Source of the DNA: Flavobacteriales bacterium
GTDB taxonomy: Bacteria; Bacteroidota; Bacteroidia; Flavobacteriales_F; PHOS-HE28
Assembly: GCA_039931265.1 (NCBI GenBank)
Contig: JBDTSG010000001.1
Location: forward strand, 4,521 to 68,520
Direction: 5' to 3'
DNA length: 64,000 bases
The notes beneath the pieces were generated by a model that saw nothing but the letters and a program-made list of their open reading frames with translations, was not told the origin of the DNA and did not search any database. Numbering within the stretch: the first letter of the stretch is position 1; the number at the start of each line of letters is the position of its first letter. A program made the translations under genes and the position numbers. Below are positions 57,047 to 64,000 of this stretch, one piece after another.

Positions 57047-59098
57047 ATGCCGCACTGCCCCGCTCCCCGATCCATCCTATCCGCTTTCCTGCTGGCCGTC
57101 TGCATGCTGCAGGTGCGTGCCCAAGACGATAGCACCGGAACCTTCAAGCTGCGCCCTTCATTCTCGTTGGGTGCTGGCATGCTTTCCTTCTACGGCGACA
57201 TAGGTGGGAACCACGACGGTTACCATCCCTTCGTAACGCGCGTGGGGTACGACCTGCGTGCCAGCGCGCCGATCACATCGTGGCTCGAAGCGAGCTTGTT
57301 CGCCTTGCACGGAAGGATCGGTGCGAACGAGCGTAACCTCTCGCGCAATCTCAACTTCGAAAGCCGCGTGACGATGGGCGGAGTGCTCTTCACGTACAAC
57401 TTCAAACACTTGGTGCGTCCCACCAGCAAGGTGGCACCATATCTCAGCATCGGTTTCGAGAGCTTGGAATTCCTGAGCAAGACCGACCTGTACGACCGTG
57501 AGGGCCGTATGTACCATTACTGGAGCGATGGTACCATACGCGACATTGATGAGAACGCCTCGAATGCATCCGACGCGGTGGAGTTGCACCGCGATTACAA
57601 TTACGAGACGGACATCCGCGAACTGGACCTCGATGGCTTCGGCAAATACACCGAGCGCACATGGGGAGTACCCTTGGGTTTCGGGGCGCGTATGGACCTC
57701 GGGTCGGGTTTGGACCTGCGCCTGGGGGCCCAGATCCACTGGACGCTCAGTGATCTGATCGACGCTGTTACCGACGAGAGTGTTGAAGGACGCACGGGCG
57801 ATGCCCGCAACGATCGCATCCTGTATTCCTCCTTCAGCGTTGGTTATGCCATACCCATGGACCGCAAGAAACGGACGAGCACCAAGGACGGTATGGACAT
57901 CAGCCCGGAGGACATGCAGGAGTTCGTTATCGCTGCGGATGAGGATGGCGATGGCGTGGACGACTTCAAAGACCTCTGCCCGAACACGCCGCCCGGCACC
58001 AAGGTGAATGCCACCGGTTGTCCGCTGGATACCGATGGTGATGGCGTACCCGACCATTTGGACCAAGAAGCCGGAACGGTGGTTGGTGCTGTTGTGGATG
58101 CTGAAGGGCGCACCATCACGGACGACATGATGCTGAAGGCCTGGCTCAACTACAAGGACAGTGGTAACGTGAACATCGTGAGCAGCCGGGTGGAAAGTGT
58201 TGGTCCGCGCCGGGGAACCACCGCTGAACGCCAGCGCATCTACGTGGTGCAGGTGGGCAGCGAGGTTGAAGGCATCACCGAGTCACAGATGCAGCAGTTG
58301 TTGAGCATACCCGACCTGCGTACTGTGGAGCATGGCGATACGATCAGCTTCGTAGTGGGTGGATACAACGACCTGCCGGAGGCCATTCGCCGCCAAATGG
58401 AACTGAAGAGTGCCGGGGTGGAAGGAACGGTGATGGCCCAGGATGGCGAAGCGTTGAAGGACATCCCCGATGAGGTGGCCGCTGCCACCGTTGCTGCTGG
58501 CAAACCCGGTAGCACACCCGATGGACCGGCGATCGTGCGCGTTCAACTGGGGGCGTTCAAGCAGAAGCTGAGCAAGGACATCTTCGCTGGCATTCCCGAC
58601 CTGGTGGTGCTGAAGGGCGATGATGGATTGACCAGATACTACATCGGTTCCTTCACCGATGTGAACCAAGCTGCTGGCTTGAAAGTGGACATGCTGATCA
58701 AAGGGTTCGAAGGCGCCTTCCTCACTGCGTTCAAAGGGGGTAAACGTGTGTCTCTGAAAGAAGCCGGCGCAAAACTCACAGGACCCGAAGACCTCACCAC
58801 CGTGCCGAAGGGCTCCATCAACAAGGAGATGCTGCGCTTCCGGATACAGGTTGGGACCTTCGCGGGCAACGTCCCAAGCGATGTGATGGGCAAGTACATC
58901 GAGATGGGCAATGTGGAACCTGTCACCAGTCCCGATGCAGTGCGTTACTACTCAGGCTCGTTCAAGACCCGGGCGGAAGCCGATACCGCATTGAAAGCGA
59001 TCCAAGAGAAAGGTCTCGCCGATGCGTTCATCGTCGGCGCGATCGGTACACGCATCATTGGAGCGGATGAGGCCGAGCGCCTGCTGAACGAACCTTGA
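57047..59098 (+). CDS. Outer-membrane beta-barrel-like protein with TSP3-type repeats and three SPOR-like domains
   Basis: Signal peptide, barrel-like N-half, DEDGDGVDD..DLCPNTP and D.DGDGVPD repeats, three (R/V)(V/I)Q(V/L)G units. Confidence 0.72.
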   Translation: MPHCPAPRSILSAFLLAVCMLQVRAQDDSTGTFKLRPSFSLGAGMLSFYGDIGGNHDGYHPFVTRVGYDLRASAPITSWLEASLFALHGRIGANERNLSRNLNFESRVTMGGVLFTYNFKHLVRPTSKVAPYLSIGFESLEFLSKTDLYDREGRMYHYWSDGTIRDIDENASNASDAVELHRDYNYETDIRELDLDGFGKYTERTWGVPLGFGARMDLGSGLDLRLGAQIHWTLSDLIDAVTDESVEGRTGDARNDRILYSSFSVGYAIPMDRKKRTSTKDGMDISPEDMQEFVIAADEDGDGVDDFKDLCPNTPPGTKVNATGCPLDTDGDGVPDHLDQEAGTVVGAVVDAEGRTITDDMMLKAWLNYKDSGNVNIVSSRVESVGPRRGTTAERQRIYVVQVGSEVEGITESQMQQLLSIPDLRTVEHGDTISFVVGGYNDLPEAIRRQMELKSAGVEGTVMAQDGEALKDIPDEVAAATVAAGKPGSTPDGPAIVRVQLGAFKQKLSKDIFAGIPDLVVLKGDDGLTRYYIGSFTDVNQAAGLKVDMLIKGFEGAFLTAFKGGKRVSLKEAGAKLTGPEDLTTVPKGSINKEMLRFRIQVGTFAGNVPSDVMGKYIEMGNVEPVTSPDAVRYYSGSFKTRAEADTALKAIQEKGLADAFIVGAIGTRIIGADEAERLLNEP

Positions 59099-59170
59099 CG
59101 GGACGGTACGGCGTTGGACAGTTCGCGACGGACGTGCTTGCTCGCCGCACTGTTGGGATGCGACGATCGG

Positions 59171-60844
59171 CTATTCCGAAACGAAAATGGGGCCGTGCAC
59201 CTTGGCCGACCCGCTCATGAAGACCTCGATGAAGTAAGCGCTTGCCGCCAGGCCGAGCGTACTGATGGTGATACTACCACACGCCGTCGGAGTGAAATCC
59301 ATGATGTGGCGGCCCCGCAGATCGAACATGATCACACGTTCCGCGCAACTATCATCGTCCCCGAAAACCACGGTGATATGATCACGCGCCGGGTTAGGGA
59401 AAGCGCTTGGCACTGGCACGACCGGTTCCGGCGGATCCACCCGGTTGCAAGGATTGTAGGCGCCACCGAAAACCGTGGCACCGGTCGAAGCAGAGTCCAA
59501 CCAGAAGTGCAATTCCTGCTCAGGCAGGTTGGGATTGTCCGGTCCCCAGTGGTAGCTCATCTTGCCGAAGAAGTCCGGCTTCGTGGGTCCGGTGTTCGTG
59601 CCGCAACCGTTGTCCGTACAACACGAGGCTCCGCCGGTCAGTGTGCCGATGACGAGTCCATTGGGATCAAAAAGTGGTGAGCCGCTCGATCCACCCTCCG
59701 TTACACCCCATCCGTTCGGCGTTGGCCCCCAGACGACGCGCCAATGCGAACCCACTCCCGTTCCCCACTGCGAACTCTGGGTTGCCGTGGTGCATGTGCT
59801 GATCTTCTTCTCATCGCCTGCGGGATGGTGGATGCACTTGCTCGTGTTGCTGACATTCCCCGTTGCATCCCATCCGTTGAAATACGGCGAGTAGCTCACG
59901 GGGATGTAATTGCTTGCTTCCAACAAAAGGAAATCGCTTCCACTTACACCGCCACCGCAGTTGCTGTCCGCCCGACGCACACAGCCGGTCATCACCTTGC
60001 TGGCCAAGGCCGTGCCCGTACCGCAACCACTGCGTTCGTAGCGGAAATAAAACTTGTACTGGTTGAAGTCCGCGTCGGTGCTGTTGACACCGCAGTGCAA
60101 CGCTGTGAGGATATACGGTGTGCAATCCTCCTGGGTATTGTTCATCACGCTTCCGCTGCACCAAGCCAAGCCGCCCGATTCAACGACGCTGATGCGCACG
60201 ACACCATCGCGCTCTTCGGCCAAACCCGTCCCCTCCGGACCACAGCGTACATCAACCTCACAGGCGTCCGCTCTTGTCCCGTCCGTTGAACGGTACGCAT
60301 GCCCAACGCTTGAAACGGTGATCCCACCTTCGCCACGCACCATAGCTGGTTCGAAGTACTCAATGATCGACGCTTCACCACGGATGGGGGCAGTTGTGAA
60401 AAGACCGCTGGGGTGGTTGTTGTATGCGGTAAACCCGCCCAACACCTCGGAACCATCATCGCTGTACACATACAGGATCGCTCCCGCTGGCAAGCGGAAC
60501 CCGGAAAAAAACAATTCAGTTGCCAACGCGCCGGGACTTACAACCCGCAGTTGCCAGAGGCGATCACCATTTGCCAACTCGGTCCATCGGCCGGTATCCA
60601 AGCAGCCGTGGCCCACAGCCTGCAGCCGGGCATAAAAAGGGATCATCCCGGCACGTGCCCGGGACACATCGTCAGCGGCCACGGCACCGGCATCGAACTC
60701 CGCAGCAAAGACGGACGGTATTGCATCATTGGGCAACCCGTGCCTGAAGCTGTACGGCAAACCACCAACGTTCTCCTGTGCATCGGACCGCAGGCCGATG
60801 AGGATGACCGCAAGTGCGATGGCATATTTCAACGTGTACGTCAT
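59171..60844 (-). CDS. Trypsin-fold (lysyl endopeptidase-like) serine protease with T9SS type A-like C-terminus
   Basis: LTALHC, SDFLLL, HHP.GD.KKIS and EGGSSGSP motifs; C-terminal AFPNP. Confidence 0.9.
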   Translation of the reverse strand: MTYTLKYAIALAVILIGLRSDAQENVGGLPYSFRHGLPNDAIPSVFAAEFDAGAVAADDVSRARAGMIPFYARLQAVGHGCLDTGRWTELANGDRLWQLRVVSPGALATELFFSGFRLPAGAILYVYSDDGSEVLGGFTAYNNHPSGLFTTAPIRGEASIIEYFEPAMVRGEGGITVSSVGHAYRSTDGTRADACEVDVRCGPEGTGLAEERDGVVRISVVESGGLAWCSGSVMNNTQEDCTPYILTALHCGVNSTDADFNQYKFYFRYERSGCGTGTALASKVMTGCVRRADSNCGGGVSGSDFLLLEASNYIPVSYSPYFNGWDATGNVSNTSKCIHHPAGDEKKISTCTTATQSSQWGTGVGSHWRVVWGPTPNGWGVTEGGSSGSPLFDPNGLVIGTLTGGASCCTDNGCGTNTGPTKPDFFGKMSYHWGPDNPNLPEQELHFWLDSASTGATVFGGAYNPCNRVDPPEPVVPVPSAFPNPARDHITVVFGDDDSCAERVIMFDLRGRHIMDFTPTACGSITISTLGLAASAYFIEVFMSGSAKVHGPIFVSE

Positions 60845-60911
60845 AGGAGCAGGCCTAATATAAACCCGTGCTCAGCGGCGCGCCCGATATCGCTCCCGAC
60901 CTGTGCATCGG

Positions 60912-60941
60912 AAAAAAGAAAGAGGGGGCCTGAGCCCCCTC
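60912..60941 (-). terminator. Probable intrinsic terminator
   Basis: gagggggc-ctga-gccccctc stem with an A-rich tract on + (U tract on -). Confidence 0.72.
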
Positions 60942-60967
60942 CTTCTCACCGGAAAGCCGGATGTCGA

Positions 60968-63900
60968 TCATTTCTTACGCAGCAAAGTGAGGTGCCCTGT
61001 GCGCACCACGTTGTCGCCGTTCGAGCCCGTGCCGGTGAACTCGTAGTAGTAAGTCCCGTCACTCACCTCACTGGCGGGCCGCCATACGGCATTGTTGCTC
61101 TGCACAGCGGTAACACTGTGCACCTCTTGGCCCCATCGATTGAAGATGGTCATCTTGAAGGAGGCGAACCCACGGAAGTCAACGAAGGCGAACGCATCGT
61201 TCTGGCCATCGTTATCGGGGCTGAACACGTTGGGAATGATCACGATGGGTTGATCCAGAACGTGAACGCTGTCGATGTACGATCCGAAGCATCCATTCTC
61301 ACTCAAGCCGGTGAGGTTCACATAATACCAACCGGGCTCGGTGTAAAGCGTGGTCGGGTTAACATCGGTTGAGGTACTGCCGTTGCCGAATACCCAGTTG
61401 TATCCATTGGTACCGGGAGCGGAAGTGTTCTCGAAGAACACCGAGAGCGGTTGAACACCCTCATCCGGGTTGGGCACGAAGCTCACCTGCGCTGGAGGAT
61501 ACCATCCCACCGTAACCTGCGCATCCGCGGTGCAACCGCTGCCCGACTCACCAACGGTAACAGTGTAGGTGGTCGGAGCGCTGGTGGGAGTAACCGTAGG
61601 GTTGGGCGATGAGGGGTCGGACACGCCGTTGTTCGGGGTCCAGGTGTAAGTGATATCCCCTGCATCCACACCACCACAGAACACGAGGCGGGTGTTCGGC
61701 CGAACGGTGAACGTTTCAGTCAGGAATCCATCCACTCCTTCGCAGAGGTCCGGCATCTGGTCTTGGCGGGTTTCATGTACCGATTGGAATGGGGTGGTGG
61801 ACATGTACGTGGACGAGTTCTGCGTGTAAAAACCATTGTAGGGGTCATTGTTGAAGCAGACTTCCACAACCAAGTTGCTCACACCATCCCAGTTGAACGC
61901 GCTCGGGAATTGGAACATGTTCCAACCCTGCACCACCGTGATCGTGTCATCATAGAAAACATCCGTCAGGCCAGTGACCCAGAACGTGGTGGCCAGTTCG
62001 TCAACAGTGGTGCATCCGATCCGCATGTTCCACTCATAGTAGTTGTCGTCGCCTTGCACCGTGGCAATGTTGAAGCCCAGTTCGCTGATCTTACCGCCGC
62101 TGAAGCCCATTGCTTGCAGTTCACTTGCCAAGTAGAGCATCTGGTGACGAGCGGTTCCGTAGAAATTACCGAACGGAGCGGGATACGAGGTTGAGGTGTT
62201 CGTTTGAACATCCGTACCGAGGTCGCTGGTGCTCAAAGGGCCGCAGCAGGGGCCATCGTAAAGCCCGCAGAAACTCGGGAAAGAACAATCGAGCGTTACG
62301 CTGAAGGTGGTGCTCTCCCCTTCGCAGATCAGCGAATCCGCCTGCGTTACCGAGAACTGAGGCACGTACCCCGGGGTAACGACAACCGTAAGGCTCGTGT
62401 CCAAGTGCACGCAACCATCCGGGCTGGTCACTTCCAGTTCGTATGAATAAGAGCCGGGGTTACCGTAAATTCCGGTGGGGTTGGGTATGGTGGTACTGGT
62501 CAACCCCGTGGCAGGGGTCCATTCGTAGGTGTAACCCGGCACGTTCGGGTTCACGATCACATCGAAGTTCACCTGCTCGCCAAGGCAGATCAACGTATCG
62601 CTCTGCGTGGCGGTGAAGGTGAAGTCAGGCACCACGTTGATCGTTACCGTATCGCTGTTGATGCAGGCACCGGACAGATCACTGACAACTATGTACGTGG
62701 TAGTGATGTTCGGGTCGGCGATCGGATTCTCGCAAGGATTGCAACTGAAGTTGACACCCACCTGCATCGGGTCGCCGGAAAGCACGCTCCATGTGAAAAC
62801 ACTGCCACCATCGGCTTCGAGCTGCGCGGTTTGCTGGCCGCAGATGGTCTGGTCCGGCCCTGCGTTGGTGCGCGCAAGAACCAACACACTGTACACATAG
62901 GTCTGGAAGGCATTCACCGGGCACGCATCATCGGAGGCACTGATGATGAAGGAATGAAACCCACTGGATCCCGGCGTTGCCGTCCAGCAGATCGTTCCGC
63001 TCACCGGGTTGGTACCGGTGTAGCTGAAGGTGGACCCGGGTAAAACGATCCCTGCGTTGGTGATCAGCCCCAATGTATCGATGATGTCCGGATCGGTGAT
63101 CACGAAATCGAAACAGAACTGATCGGTCTCGCACATCTCTATAGCGTAAGGACCCACCTGGGTTGCGCTACCCGCGAAGTTTGCAATCACTCCTTGGGTT
63201 GGGTCGGGAGCCTGGTTCGAACACGGAATCACAACGAACTGGATATCGCGCATCACCGTACCGATCACGTTCCCTTCGTCGTCGAATTCGGTCACCATTA
63301 CCGTAACAACGAAGTTGCCCTGCTGGTTCGGCGTGAAGGTCATGAGACCACTGAACTGATCGATCGTGATGCCCGGAATGGGCTGATCGAAGGTGAAGCC
63401 GGTTTGGTAAGGGACCGGTGCGCCACCGATCACCATTGCCGCAATGAACTCGTAGTTCAGGGAGTCGCCATCCTGATCGCTGACCCCGAAGCTGTACAAC
63501 ACTTGCTGGCCCAAGCACACATAGGGAATGGGCTGGTTGTTGAAGACAGGTGAGTTGTCACATTCGAAATCGGCATTGTTCAATGTCCCCTCGATGTAGG
63601 TATCCAGAAGATCAGGGCCAACGAGGTTCAAAACTGCCACGTTCCGGCAGCAGCTCGTCCAGCTCATTGTCCAAGAATCGCAAGGTGGCAAAGTGACGAT
63701 CCCGGTGAAGGACCACTGCTCGATGCCGGGCAAAGACCCACCATTGCAGGTACTGTTCTGGATCTCTTCAGGGCACAACTGCGAAACCTCGGTGATGCTC
63801 ACTTGGTTCACCGTGAGGTCCACAGTACCACAGGGCGAAGTGAAGGACACGAAGTCCTGAGTGCCCAAGGTGATCCCGAAGCAATCGCGGAAGAGGTTGA

Positions 63901-64000
63901 GGGTGATCTCGTACTGGTTGTTCCCGAGGCACTCCCACAGGATCTCCCCGCCTACGATATGCGATGCGGAGGCATGCTGTGCGCCGATGGTTCCGGCGAG
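60968..64000 (-). CDS. Large secreted protein with PKD-like domain and T9SS type B (gliding motility-associated) C-terminal domain, 5' truncated by window edge
   Basis: Frame open to 64000 (…ASHIVGGEILWECLGNNQYEITLNLFRDC…); PKD-like F.NTS…W.FGNG; IPNVFSP.NDG.ND…FNRWG CTD. Confidence 0.92.
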   Translation of the reverse strand, partial: LAGTIGAQHASASHIVGGEILWECLGNNQYEITLNLFRDCFGITLGTQDFVSFTSPCGTVDLTVNQVSITEVSQLCPEEIQNSTCNGGSLPGIEQWSFTGIVTLPPCDSWTMSWTSCCRNVAVLNLVGPDLLDTYIEGTLNNADFECDNSPVFNNQPIPYVCLGQQVLYSFGVSDQDGDSLNYEFIAAMVIGGAPVPYQTGFTFDQPIPGITIDQFSGLMTFTPNQQGNFVVTVMVTEFDDEGNVIGTVMRDIQFVVIPCSNQAPDPTQGVIANFAGSATQVGPYAIEMCETDQFCFDFVITDPDIIDTLGLITNAGIVLPGSTFSYTGTNPVSGTICWTATPGSSGFHSFIISASDDACPVNAFQTYVYSVLVLARTNAGPDQTICGQQTAQLEADGGSVFTWSVLSGDPMQVGVNFSCNPCENPIADPNITTTYIVVSDLSGACINSDTVTINVVPDFTFTATQSDTLICLGEQVNFDVIVNPNVPGYTYEWTPATGLTSTTIPNPTGIYGNPGSYSYELEVTSPDGCVHLDTSLTVVVTPGYVPQFSVTQADSLICEGESTTFSVTLDCSFPSFCGLYDGPCCGPLSTSDLGTDVQTNTSTSYPAPFGNFYGTARHQMLYLASELQAMGFSGGKISELGFNIATVQGDDNYYEWNMRIGCTTVDELATTFWVTGLTDVFYDDTITVVQGWNMFQFPSAFNWDGVSNLVVEVCFNNDPYNGFYTQNSSTYMSTTPFQSVHETRQDQMPDLCEGVDGFLTETFTVRPNTRLVFCGGVDAGDITYTWTPNNGVSDPSSPNPTVTPTSAPTTYTVTVGESGSGCTADAQVTVGWYPPAQVSFVPNPDEGVQPLSVFFENTSAPGTNGYNWVFGNGSTSTDVNPTTLYTEPGWYYVNLTGLSENGCFGSYIDSVHVLDQPIVIIPNVFSPDNDGQNDAFAFVDFRGFASFKMTIFNRWGQEVHSVTAVQSNNAVWRPASEVSDGTYYYEFTGTGSNGDNVVRTGHLTLLRKK

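Overview
A GC-rich, gene-dense chromosomal window with about 50 CDSs, from a Bacteroidota member that looks Flavobacteriales-like. This assignment is inferred from T9SS C-terminal sorting signals, TAnnTTYG-type promoter boxes and the hsdR_N/amn/holA arrangement. Most genes are housekeeping or envelope functions: kynA, murQ, mnmD, amn, holA, rlmI, lpxB, surE, lpdA, uvrA, ComEC and a partial polysaccharide locus (asnB, GT4, wza, wzc, rfbC, WecA-like). Six genes encode T9SS cargo proteins. I see no rRNA, tRNA, CRISPR array, integrase, transposase or prophage. The most unusual structure is a ~0.9 kb AT-richer insert between spoIID and rlmI. There, a deleted copy of the rlmI 5' end survives as a 36-codon mini-ORF leading into an orphan lipoprotein gene, with REP-like hairpins nearby. 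Other notable items are several distinct small palindromic repeat families (one lying in frame inside lpxB), an esterase-fold T9SS protein lacking the catalytic Ser next to a TonB receptor, an OmpA-like protein carrying SPOR-like domains, and two paralogous secreted proteins with swapped C-termini. All product calls come from motif recognition by eye; no database search was run, so novelty is unverified.
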